A stretch of 64,000 nucleotides of DNA, taken from positions 8,246,001 to 8,310,000 of the forward strand of contig NC_081331.1 in assembly GCF_022539665.2 (NCBI RefSeq), given 5' to 3'. Of the stretch, positions 12,061 to 23,800 are shown one piece after another. The notes under the pieces were generated by a model. The model was not told where the DNA came from. It saw only the letters and a list, made by a program, of their open reading frames with translations, and made no database searches. Both the position numbers and the translations under genes were made by a program. The stretch is from Daphnia carinata. Lineage: Eukaryota. Each line of letters starts with the position of its first letter. The stretch's first letter is position 1.

Positions 12061-12392
12061 AAACCCACCTGATCGCAATAGGGGGAAACACCCCAAGAAC
12101 AATTGTTAGATCGATCGCCCGGCGGCTTATGACCAACGAACTAGGCAAATCTTTCAGCTGGTTTGGACATCGTAATAACAAAAAGCTAGCCGATACCAAC
12201 ATCGGAAAAGTGATAATTGGTATTTATTTTAAATATTCATGTTATCCGTTTCATTCGTTTATAATACGTATTGATCTTTCAGCTGCATCGGTACGTAACA
12301 CGCCATTGATTACAGAGGCAGATGTTAAATCAGCCATGATTGACATGCTGCGACACTGTAAAGACAAACCTCGCACGGTACCTGTCCTATGA
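12061..12392 (+). pseudogene. DUF4806-like remnant (accessory ORF of animal EnSpm-like elements)
   Basis: MTNELGKSFSWFGHRNNKKLADTNIGKVII, a short GT-AG intron, then ASVRNTPLITEADVKSAMIDMLRHCKDK; upstream stops. Confidence 0.55.
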
Positions 12393-13603
12393 GTCCCATC
12401 ATCATTCCATTCATCATCCATTCACAAAGAAAAAAATTGTATTTTTTTTATGTTTCTCGTCTATATTCACAGTCAGTCACAGTCACACAGATACAGTCAG
12501 CCCGAATAATGTTGAAGCAATGTTTTGTTTTTGTTTTTGTAGTCAGACAAATGATTTCTTTATGAATCTGTTTTCCTTTTTTTGTTTTTGATCTGCATAT
12601 GGTTGTGCAACACAAGGTTTCTCATGTTCATTAATCTGGTCATGTTTCAATACAAAGATCAAAAAATAACAACAGTCTTTTCTATTTCACGATTTTATTT
12701 TATTAATCAATAAAACGAATGAATATGCAGATATCCCTTACATGTCCAAATTATAGCCGTAAGAAGTCCGGTCAGATATCCTTCGGATGTCTGACGGCGC
12801 TGTTTAGGGCGGTCAAAACCAACAAAAAAAACATCCGTCGGACATCCAAATCGGATTTCGGGCTGTCCGACGGATGTCAACAGGATGTACCTTATATCCG
12901 ACCTCGACATCTAGCGGACATCCCACGGCCAGACTTGTGCTATGTGGGAGACCGCTTAGTTAAGGAAAAATTAGTTTACTCGGTGGATTATAGCTATTGA
13001 GCAGCACCAGTGGTGGTAGCACAGAAAACCAATGGGAAGATCAGACTCTGTGCGCATTTCTCAACAGGTTTGAATGATCAATTTCAGTTACACCATCATC
13101 CACTACCGAAAGCAGAAGAAATCTTCGCAAAACTAAACGGAGAGGAGTGGTTTGCCCATATCGACTTTTTGAATGCCTATAATCAGCTAATGGTCGAAGA
13201 AGAATCCCAAGAGCTACTAACGATTAACACTCATCGAGGGCTCTTTCGTTTCAAACGGTTAGCTTTTGGAGTGAAATCAGTCCCACGCATTTTCTAGAAA
13301 GCGATGGACGCAACCATTGCGGACCTGCTGGATGTCAACACCTTCTTAGACGACCTGATCGCTAAGGCCCGTAGCCAAGATGAATAAGCCAAAATCTGGA
13401 ATTGGTATTTAAACGGCTACAGAAGTTTTGATTCAGAGAACGTTTGGGAAAATGCACCTTTATGATGCCAAAGATTACATACTTGGCGTTCGTTATTGAT
13501 AAGAACAGACGACGTCCTGTGTCGACCAAGGTCGAGGCTATTCCAAAAATGCCGCCACCACAAGACACCAATCAAGTCAGATCTTTCCTTGGGGTGATCC
13601 ATT

Positions 13604-16490
13604 GAAAAACAGACTCGCATGATAATGCAATTGTGTACACAGAGTTTGAAGGAATGCATACCCATCTGCTCTTTTAAATCTGAAATGTTCGCTGTGGCTT
13701 CTTCCAATGGATCATCAAGGGAGTCAAATAAGGCATTTCTACACATGAGACAGTTGAAGAGACGTTCAACTTTTAAAACACAATATCCAGCAATGTAGGC
13801 AAGACACTGGTTTGTAAAAGTATTATTCATGATGGAAGCATTTAACTCTACTACATTACTGAAAAGTTCAACCTCTACCTCCATCTCAGTGTCAATAGCA
13901 TCATTTTCTATTTCACAATTCAGGTCCTTTAATATTGCAAACGGAAGAGGTGAACAGTTAGATGACAAAGAAGCTATAACACCACCATTTTTTATAACTA
14001 GAATATTTCTTATGACATACTTCACTTGAATTGATGTGGGATTATTATTTAACCCAACCCTTAACCGGACTATGCTAAAGAAAGGCTCCAGTGGATCCTG
14101 TTTGGTGAGTCTCGTGCATACAAAATCCAAAGGCTTTTCTTGATTAATTCTATGCAAGCGATATTGTTGATTTCATTGTGGTAGTGAAACGAAACCGAAA
14201 ATCACAGCCTTCCGTTTACTGGCACTTACTAACTTGCGGGAAGTAAATGTCAAAGATTTAACACAATTTTGTAATCCTTTCGTTCGTTTTAAGTTCTTTT
14301 TCTTTTTCCAACAGGCTGGAAAGTGTCAGTGGTGCTCTGTCATCTGTTTTCTTTGTCGTTTGTTTTGATATTCCACGAGTTCAGCATGTCGAAAATCTTG
14401 TTGGACTTCCGGCAGTATTCCTCGTACTTCTCGTAAACTGCAAAAAACACCACATTTAAAAGGTAAAATCATTTGTATACCATAGGGAAAATATAACTTT
14501 ACATTTGGGTGTTTCAGATCATTCCGTAAATGGTGAAGAGTATCCGCAGTTGAATTACTAAAGATTTGAGCAGCAAGAACTACTTTCATCTTGTGTGTGC
14601 CAATGTCGACGTGGTTTTTAGTTAACTTGTTACCAAGACGAAATCCTAGACAGTTTTGGTATTCGAAGAGCTCGGTAATGTACGACCATTTTGCCGGTTT
14701 CGGAAATCCAGGTATAAGAATACCTTTCGGTGTCTGTGCTATTAAGTTACAAGTCAATTTTAACATATGGCAGGTATCTATCATCACGTTAACGTCTTTT
14801 TTGGTCTTAGGATGAAGGAAAAAAGTTTTCATCGCAGCGTATTTCATACGGTTGGTTTTCATTTTCTCTGGAGTGTTTTTTGTGCGCCGGCTAGGAACAG
14901 ATTTCGGTGGTTTTTGGGGAATCCTGATGTTCGCTCCAAAGGCATTGAACATCGTTAGATTTGCCGACAACCCATCGAAAGTAACTGCTTTTACATTTAC
15001 GTTGAATTCATGACAAGTAATATCGTTCGTCACGTCATCGTTCAGCACTTTCGACTGGCCTAGCCCGGTTAAATGGTTCATAAATCAATAAACCACAGAC
15101 GATCTCCATTTTCCATCTAATCCTACAGCATAGAACACTAAGACTTTTGTAGCAAGAATTTGATGATCTGTTTCCCGACTGGAAGGTTTGTCATCTGGGA
15201 AATCGGTAAATGCCATATATTTGTTAAGTTGTGGGTTGTAGCACAACGCCTTCTTGATAGACATTTCATCGAGACTAAGGGTTACATCTTGGCCGTGTGT
15301 TCCTTCAGCAATGTCTGTCTTTATCTGAGCTAAGGCATTCTTTAAAATCCCGGAAGAGCAACCGACTGGTAGCGGCAAAGACTTGGAATGACCGGCAAAG
15401 TAAAGGTCCTTCTAAGTTTTTCATACGCAGCGTTCGAATAATAGCTTAGATTTATTGCCAGGGCTGGGATGAATGAAGAGTACCTACGGTCTTTAGCTCT
15501 TTTTCCAAAATTCCATTTTTTATTCAAAAAGAGTTGGTAAGCTGTTTCGGACAGGTCTCTTTTTCTTGTTGCGTTTTTTCTAACTTCTTTTATATCGTGG
15601 CATTCTTTTGTGGACTTTTTTAGCTGCTGCTTTAAAATTGAAATTTTGCCAACTTTGATGTTTAAGTCCTTCAAATTCTGACGCTCACGAAGAGACATCG
15701 CAGTAAGTGTTTTTTACGGTAATTTACTCTTTTGAGGTAACCATTTTCATACTTGAACTTTATGCGCAGCCAGCGAGTTTCTTTTTCAAGTTGACGAGTA
15801 TGATTTGCGTATTCTTTTTTTAAACAACTGATCTCTGTGAGTTTAATGACGTCGTCAATACACATATTTTTTGTGATGAAGAGCTCATATTGTTATTAAA
15901 TAAAACTTGCTCAGAATGGCAACGCGCACCATCCTCATTAAACTCTTTTTCTAGATCTTTGTAAATTACAGGTAGACAGGGGCTGGTAGGAGTTTCATAG
16001 CTATGATCTACCCTTTGTCTTTTTGTGGGACTGGTAAAATCCACGACGAGTTGTCTGCGAACACGAGGTAAAGAAATAATGGTGGAGTTGTGGCATTCAA
16101 CGCTAAAGTTCATGTCAACAGAAACGATGTCAGATTCACTGGTACATTGCGTATTAACCTTGGCAGGTCTATTCAAACTAACAATATCCCATTCATTTTC
16201 ATGCTGGTGTTGGGGTCGCTCAGTTCCGGTGTGTGTGTCTAAATCAGATTAAGTTTACTGTTGGACAACCTATTCGATTTACGGCGAGGAGTCCAAGTTA
16301 ACAAAGCGGAATCAAAGTGAATTGAGCACAACACGGAAGATTTTGAATGCTTAAATCCAGGTGCACAATGTTTCAGCCAGACATGGAGTCGCTGATCATC
16401 AATGGGAAACTTATGAAATGAAACTGATCGATCACTTCTCTTTGAATTACACTCGACGGTACTACAGGGCCGTGGGAGGAATTTGAACAA
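13604..16490 (-). mobile_element. Decayed P-element / THAP9-like transposase gene
   Basis: THAP finger CSTVEC...VSFHKFP...WLKHC...VLCSIHF (16239-16490); LSLDEMSIKK; VTFDG; DTCHMLKL..N; KMKVVLAAQIFSNS; RLTKQDPLEPFFSIVR...NNNPT; LAYIAGY; multiple frameshifts; 3' end truncated against Gypsy RT. Confidence 0.9.
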
Positions 16491-18189
16491 TTTTTACATA
16501 AAGAGAAGAAGAAAAACACGTCTAGAACGACTAAGACCACTTGCTTAACTGAGTTGTATATTTCACAGGGTGAACATTCGATAACAAGCTACAGGTACCC
16601 TGGGAATTAATGCCAAGCAAAACCATTTCTGAGAGTCGACCCATTTTGATTCTTCGAATTTTCATCGCCCTCCTATGAGTCACGGAACTTTTGTTATGAG
16701 TTGTCATCTGGCGAATTATCTGACTCTCCTCGCCTCCAACCGCCTTTTTACCTGCAGGAATTCGTCTGCTAATGAGGAAGGGAGGGAATTAGCCGCTAGA
16801 TGTTGTGCCAAATGTGTCGAAAAAGTTTCCAGACAGTCACGAAGGCCAGACGTAAATGGGGCTACTTTGGCTCTCTTTTGGGGAATGAATAATAGGACTA
16901 CGAGGGTGCACTACGGCGCGAAAAAAAGAGCAGCATTTGTTTTATAATCTAACACGTGATTTTGCATATCGCGGCATATGCAGAATCACTATAATTTGTA
17001 CTTAAAAACGGCAAGTTTTAATTTCTAGGCAACTTTTGCTTTATTCCCAACTAGCGTAGTTACCGATTTTCCCTAATTCCAACATTTTGGATCATAGAGC
17101 GCTAAAATAAAAGTGCGCTACGGCGATTGCGCCTACCGCTAGAGGCAATGGAGACAAGGAGTTAGGGTTGAAAATTGTGGCAAATTTGAAATTATTTCTG
17201 TCACTTCCAATCTTCTTTCTTCAACTCACGGGATTTGGATTTTTGACCTTGAATCTACTGAATGGTTGCTTATCTGTTTACCTGAAGTGGAACTTCAGGT
17301 TATTCGGTATTATGTTTGTCTGCCCCGGGTTGCATGTGACCTGGGTTAGTATTCTCTGGATCATAGCGCTAAGTCTCGTCCTATATATATAGGTACATAA
17401 GGTGTGTTTTATTTTTTCAAATACTGGAGACTAAGAACAGGATAATTACCAAAACATCATCTTGGTAAAAGATGTATTAGTTATTAATATTTTTCATTGA
17501 TATTATTTTTTTCATTCATTATACAGCACGAATTGGCTCCGTTCTTTCAAAATAAACAAGGAAAGATAGTCATAAGACTTTGAAAACTATTAAAAAATCA
17601 AAATAGTTCAAGTTGTGAATCGGAAAGAAGTAAGGTTTTACTTTGATGGAAAATAAGTATAACATCAAAATCTTAAATGGAATTTCTCCTCACGCAATGA
17701 ATTATCGTTTAACTTGGAAAACTTTCACCGAATAAAAAATGTGACAGAATTAAAAAGCATATTTGGATGAAGAATTAATCCCGAAATATTGCTATGGATT
17801 GTTGGACAGAAACGGACCAAGGCGTTAAAATTTTGTTGTATTCTAGCGGACATACATAGACTCAGTTGTTACTGCAAGACGTTGCGAGACACTTTGCTCG
17901 AAGGTTCGGGACACTGAAGGCTAGAAGAACCGAACTAAAATGTAGTAAAACGTTATTGACAAAAGAAACTACAATATCTCAAAAATAGAACAGCTTGTTG
18001 TGACCTTAGGAAAACAAGCAGGATATTCATTTCCTTTTCAGTGAAATTTTGAATCTTTTATCTTTATATGCTGTTGTTATGGAGATGTGGCAAAATGTGT
18101 AAGCTAATGGTAACAAAAGAAAAAGGGCAGATTCTGGACCTAAAACTAAAGCAGTTATATATATATATATATGCATGATCAAATACGTC

Positions 18190-18400
18190 GTCCGCTTTAG
18201 TGGCATGTCGGCAGTCAAAATCTTTGACTATTTCATCCCATACGTTTTCGGTGGGATTCATATCCACACCCACAGAAGGTCACGGCAGCAGTCCCATTTG
18301 GGGATGCTCTCGAAATCATTGGGTGATGTTGCCGGCTATGTGGATGGGGGAGTTGTCTTGTACAAAATGAACTTGGCGAACCCATGGAAGAAGTTCATTT
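18190..18400 (-). mobile_element. Tc1-like DDE transposase fragment
   Basis: FVQDNSPIH followed after a frameshift by DMNPTENVWDEIVK, matching the QDN..H / SPDLNPIEN.W motifs. Confidence 0.65.
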
Positions 18401-18699
18401 TCAAGAATATCTATATACTTCTCTTTTAGAGCCAGCCGTTAGTTTTTATAAATGGACCGGCTAAAAACTATCCGGAGAAGAGTTCAAATGGCCTATCACC
18501 GTTTACCACGTATTTTTTTCATCAATATGCTATGGAAATTAGTATTAAAATAAAGAAACGGGATTATGGTAGCGGAAAAAATCTTAAATAGACAAATAAA
18601 CTATATTACTATTGAATATTATTAGTATTATAAGTATTATAAGGATTGTTAATTTTTAATTCCTTCCGTGATTCTCTCCTAAAAACGATTAATTTCACG

Positions 18700-20115
18700 A
18701 TCTTACAATGGTTGGTATAGTCACTGACAATGCCTACAACACAGCTCAGGCTGACGAAATTGTTAAGATACAACTATTATGGCTAATGGCTCAACATTTC
18801 GTACTTTGCCCGTACTTTCAGAACTGTAGTCAAAGGCTCTGGCTAAAAAACCAACGATTATTCAATTCTAACATGGTAAAGAGCGCATGTTACTTACTTC
18901 CATCAAAGTGTTCTAACAGCAACGTCGAATTTAAAATCGGTACGCAAAAAACGAACAATAAAGCTTTTGGCTCAAGACGTGGTCACTAAATGGAACTCGA
19001 CGTTGGTAATGGTTGCTAGTGTATAGTCGTACTTTAAGGCGTATGTACAAAATTCTCTTATCACCTCCCATTTATTGTTCAAATTGGAATTTACATGAAT
19101 GTGAGCGGGGAACTCTTTTCTCGGCCTAAGAAACGTTGCGGCCTTTCGACGAAGTAACTGGCCTATCATCCCATTATAACTCGTTGATTTCGGAAATTAT
19201 TCCTTCCAGTCGATTGGTAAAGAATTTTTTGAATCGGTGAAGGCAGCAGCTTGATTGTATCGTACAAAGCGGAAAGGAAATAGTGTCAGCGTGATGCACA
19301 CTCACTTCAGTATACAAGCGATACAAGTCAATATTGAAGTTTATTAGTACAATTTGTGGCAATGTCTAATCATCGCAATTTTTCTTTCCATTGAGAAGCA
19401 CATCCTCCGTTGTTCCAACAATGTTTTGGATAAATCTGAGAATCGGACAAAGACTCGTTTTACGTTTGGATTTTACGCCATCACGCATCTTAAAGAAAGA
19501 TTATTAATGAACCTTAAAGGAAGATTATTTCTCATTTTGAATGTCTGACACTCGCTTATTGATGAAAAATAATGGAATAAAGTGTAATTGAAGATATAGT
19601 GGACAATGACGGTTTTGGCATCGTAATTGAGATCTATAGGTTGAAAAACTGAAATACCGAGATCTCGATCGCCGAACAAAAATTGTAATTAAAATCCATG
19701 TTTGGCTACGGCTCGTAGCTCTAATTTTTATTATTTGATGCTACTAAATAACTATTTTTTTCTCCCGTAGCCTAGCGGGCCTACAGAATTTAAAATTGAC
19801 AGTCAATAGTTCCAACATTGCCGTACCCCGAACATATTTTAATTAATAAAAACGAAACTAGTTGAAGAATATTAGGCTTGTATATTAAATGGTTCTAATT
19901 TTATAATCGGCAAAAGTGCTAAATGCATGAGTTTGGTAGTTAATTTCATTAATAGTTTTTCAGCCGCCATTTCTTTAAATGTTAGTATATCGTAGCAGTT
20001 CGCACCGAAGAAAAGCACCGAATTGATCTGTTTCACGGGGGCCGAACCAGATCGCAACAGATCGGCCATTGCTGGAATAGAGCGGATCGGTTTACCCGAA
20101 TGCGATCGATCCCTA
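18700..20115 (+). mobile_element. Decayed hAT (ZBED/Ac-like) transposase fragment and probable 3' end
   Basis: VGIVTDNAYN and QDVVTKWNSTLVMV (T-D-N and TRWNS motifs); CGATCG-rich subterminal region ending GATCGATCCCTA (rc TAGGGATC). Confidence 0.65.
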
Positions 20116-20364
20116 CTGTATCTCTAATCCAAATTTTTTATTCAGCAAAACATGAAGTGGCAACACTGTTCAAAGTAATTTCAATCTAAAATCGTATGAA
20201 TAACGTGATATTATATTCTAAGCGCCTCTTTCAAAAATAATCTCCTCCTTCCGCAAATGGAGTCCTCAGAATCAACAGCTGAATATTTACACGAGCTTTT
20301 CTCCACATCAAATATTTTGCCAGGAGATCCAGCTTTAGTTCTATTTGAAAATAGCCATGGAAGA
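18824..20364 (+). repeat. Copy 1 of ~1.5-kb direct duplication (hAT relic + promoter + first 36 codons of MFS gene)
   Basis: Colinear with 26879-28410 with scattered substitutions and small indels. Confidence 0.95.
20257..20364 (+). pseudogene. Truncated duplicate of MFS gene exon 1
   Basis: MESSESTAEYLHELFSTSNILPGDPALVLFENSHGR vs MACSESSVEYLHELFSTSNILPEDPALVLFENNHGR at 28303; cut by the BEL LTR. Confidence 0.85.
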
Positions 20365-20811
20365 TGCTGCCTTTACGCACGGACGAGACAGAAAAAAGGG
20401 GACGTTGGGAGAAACTAGAATTGTATTTCTGGCGTATGGTTGCCAGTCCACATGAGAAAAATAACAGGTAATGGTGCCTTGCTGCGAGCAGGTTACCACG
20501 CGAGTCTGTCGAAATAGACAGGTCGACACGAAAGAGAAATACTGGTACCAGCCAGTATTAACACAAAGAAAAACTCAAGTTAGTTAAGTGTTGGTTGCCT
20601 GCCAGTACTTGAGCGAAAAAAATAAAAAGAGGAACACAGGACAAGTAATGGACACGCGAGTAGAATACTACGATTGTTTAGAGGAGACGACCGTAAACGG
20701 ACAGGTGTTCTCTGCTATGTGCGGTAATCGTCAGTGGTAAGGTGTTCGCTGACTCCGTCCTTCGTTCCCGATTTCCCCATCTCCGATCCTGACGTTGCCA
20801 AATTAGCAACA
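20365..20811 (-). repeat. 3' LTR of BEL/Pao element
   Basis: On the minus strand starts TGTTGC right after the integrase/DUF5641 end (...RTGD|V) and ends GCAGCA exactly where similarity to the host exon stops. Confidence 0.7.
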
Positions 20812-23800
20812 TCGCCGGTTCTGCGATTGTTTTGATCAATCGCATCTTCTCTTACATGGACGGATTCAATCAATAGTTGCTCATGGACGGGACGATGGTA
20901 TTCCGTGCCATTGGTTTGGACATATGCTGACCGGACAATCCCATCTCCACCGACGACGACTTGGGTGACTCGGTCGGTTGGCCAAATACCACGGGGAGTT
21001 GATGAGTTTATAAGCACGACGATATCGCCGACTTCGAGATTCGGATGATCCTGGTACCATTTTTCACGCTCCGTGAGGCTGGGAATTATCTCTTTCATCC
21101 ATCGACGTCAGAACTGGTCGGCCATGGCCTGTGAGATACGCCACCTTTGTCGGCCAGATAAGTCGTCTTTAGAGAAGACGTCAGGCGGGGCATTCGGATT
21201 TGCGCCCCGTAGAAGTAGGTGATTAGGCGTGAGGCTCTCTGGGTCGGCTGGGTCGTCGCTGATGGCTGTGAGTTTCCGGCTGTTGAGAACGTTCTCAATG
21301 TGGGTGAGAGCGCTGATAAGGATTTCGTCGGAAAGCCGTTGTCTTCCCAAGACGGATCGTAAAGCGGTCTTGGCAGAGTGGACCAGGCGTTCCCATGCGC
21401 CACCAAAATGCGGGGCGGCTGGCGGGTTGAAGTGCCACTTGGTTGGTTGGCGGCCTAGGTGTTTAAGAATTGCGTGTTGGTTCAGACTTTGGAGGCATTC
21501 AGCCAGCTCTCGTTGGGCTCCGACAAACTTCAATTCATTGTCGCTATGGAAAAAAGCTGGGACACCGCGACAGTTTGGGAATCGGTCCAATGCTGAGATA
21601 AATGAGCTGGTGTCGAGTGAATACCCCATCTCTAAATGGACGCAACGATACGTCAGGCAGGGAAAAAGGCAGCCCCAGTGTTGACAGTGCGTCGTAGAAT
21701 TGTCACTTCTATCGGGCCGAAATAATCAACGCCGGTATGTGTGAATGCGGGATAGCCTACCTTTAGGCGAAAGCTGGGCAGGTCGGCCATTTTTGGATGT
21801 AAGCCTTTTGCGTTCTTCCTTTTACAAGAGTGACACATTCGGAACACCTTTTGGGCAGTAAGCCTGCCTTTGGGGATCCAATATTGACCTCGCGCTTCGT
21901 GGTGAAGCTGTTCGGCCGACAAATGCGCTCGAACACGGTGCATCTGGAAGAGGATCGGCTGGGTGAAACGTTCAAGACGTGGAAGGATGATGGGTTGGCG
22001 AAGATCAAGTGGCACTGGCGCCTTGTCGATCCGACCGCCCACGCACATTATACCACGGCGATCCAGATATGGCGATAGCTTGATGAGGCTGGAACTCGAT
22101 TCAATTGTGCGGCCGGTCCATAAATCGTCCATTTCATTATGATAAACGTTCCGCTGTGTGTGTGGAAATAGTGCGTTGCAGGCTAGGCTGATTTCTTATT
22201 CCGAGAGGCAATCCAACTTCCTATGTTCGCGCGTTTGCGATAAATCGGAGCATGTAAGCGACGATACGGATGACGATGTGAACTCGCGATTTTCTTGCAA
22301 TAAGCTGATCAATCTCGTTGTCTGGTAATTGGACCTGACCGACCCATGTTGCCTCGCGAACTTCTGGATCATCCGCTTCCAATGGCGGTAGAGATGGAAG
22401 GCAAGGCCAGTTGGTTAACACTTTTAGAAACTTCGGGCCAGAAAACCAACGGTGTCGGATGTCGAATTCAGCGGCGGTGAGACCCCTACTTGCATCATCA
22501 GCTGGGTTGATGAAGCTTGGGACATAATTCCATTCAGTTGAAGAAGAGGACTCGAGGATCTCCCCAATGCGGTTACCAACGTAAACATTGATGCGACAAG
22601 AACGAGACTTGATCCAACTCAGGACGGTGCTCGAGTCAGACCAATAGATGGTTTTACGAAAAATGATGTCGTGTTCTTCTTTCGCCTGAACAGCCAGGCG
22701 AGCAGCTAAGACGACAGCATTTAGCTCAAGACGCGGGATGGTCATAAACTTCAACGGTGCTAGCCGTGATTTTGAAAGAAGAATGCTGATATCTGCCGTA
22801 CCATTAGGGTGGACGAAGCGGGCGTAGCAAACGGCTCCGAAACCCATCTCTGATGCGTCACCAAAAACGTGAAGTTCTATTGTCGAAGCATCCTTTCCTG
22901 TCGGTGAAATACAGCGATCTAAGACAAGACCGTTGAGCAGTGGAAGAGAATTCGCCCAGTGGATCCAACGGTCGATTAGATTTTGGTCCAATTCGAAATC
23001 CCAATCGAATTTTGGGCGCCAGATATCCTGTATCAGAAATTTCGCTTGGAACAATATGGGTGACAGGAAACCAAGTGGATCGAAGATGCTGGAAATGGCC
23101 TTCATAATGTCACGCTTGGTTCGGCCATCGGTAAGTACGGAAGCACCTAGGATGAAGGCATCACGGCTGAAAATCCACACTAAACCGAGCGTCCTTTCAA
23201 TCGGCTTGGCATCAAGATCCATATTGACGACTGCACCCTCTAGCCGTTGTCCAGGTAGTGATTGGCGGACGGCGTTGTTTGACATCGCCCATTGAGTGAG
23301 CGGAAATCCACCGGCTTTCAACGTTTCGGTCAAACGGTGAGCGGTAGATAGGGCCTCTGCTGCCGTCGAAAAGGATGCCAACCAGTTGTCGACATAGAAG
23401 TGTTTCGTGATTTGTTTGAGAAGATGGTCGTCACCGTAGTCTTTCACCGCCTGTTGTAGCGCGTTCGAGCACACTGATGGGGAAGAGGCGGCGCCAAAAA
23501 AATGGACATCCATCTGGTAGACGTCTGGTGGTTGTGATGAACCAGGTTCATACCAGAGAAAGCGGAAAGCCTGCCCGTCGATAGACCACACCCTGACCTG
23601 GTGGAACATTTTTCCACGTCAGCAACGATTGGTACAACGTACTGTCGGAAGCGGAGAAGTATCCCAATAAGATTCGTAAGGAGATCGGGACCTCGGAGAT
23701 GAACGTCATTTAGGCATATCCCACGGCACTTGGCGGCTAAATCGAATACAACACGACATTTTCCAGGCTTGTTCGGATTGAACGCCGGATGATGCGGGTT

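Larger units (their letters stand above)
9880..12948. mobile_element. Non-autonomous CMC/EnSpm (CACTA-like) DNA transposon carrying host gene fragments
   Basis: Perfect 13-bp TIR CCCACATAGCACA / TGTGCTATGTGGG; 2-bp TSD AG (9878-9879, 12949-12950); GGATGTCC/GGACATCC subterminal repeats at both ends; DUF4806-like remnant inside. Confidence 0.88.
9700..13603 (+). mobile_element. Ty3/Gypsy pol (RT) relic split by the EnSpm-like insertion
   Basis: Left: KEFFKSGLGRCLKMEAKLVLKPDAQLIFRK...PVP...VNIEL. Right: DRLVKEK...AAPVVVAQKTNGKIRLC...HPLPKAEEIFAKL...LLTINTHRGLFRFKRLAFG...FLDDL...RSFLG; stops and frameshifts present. Confidence 0.85.

Noticed and set aside
13604..16490. Domesticated THAP9 host gene
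   Set aside because: Multiple frameshifts and stops plus 3' truncation indicate a dead transposon copy.
23380..23400. YVDN instead of YXDD in the BEL RT as a novelty
   Set aside because: YVDN variants are known in BEL/Pao RTs, and this copy is decayed anyway.
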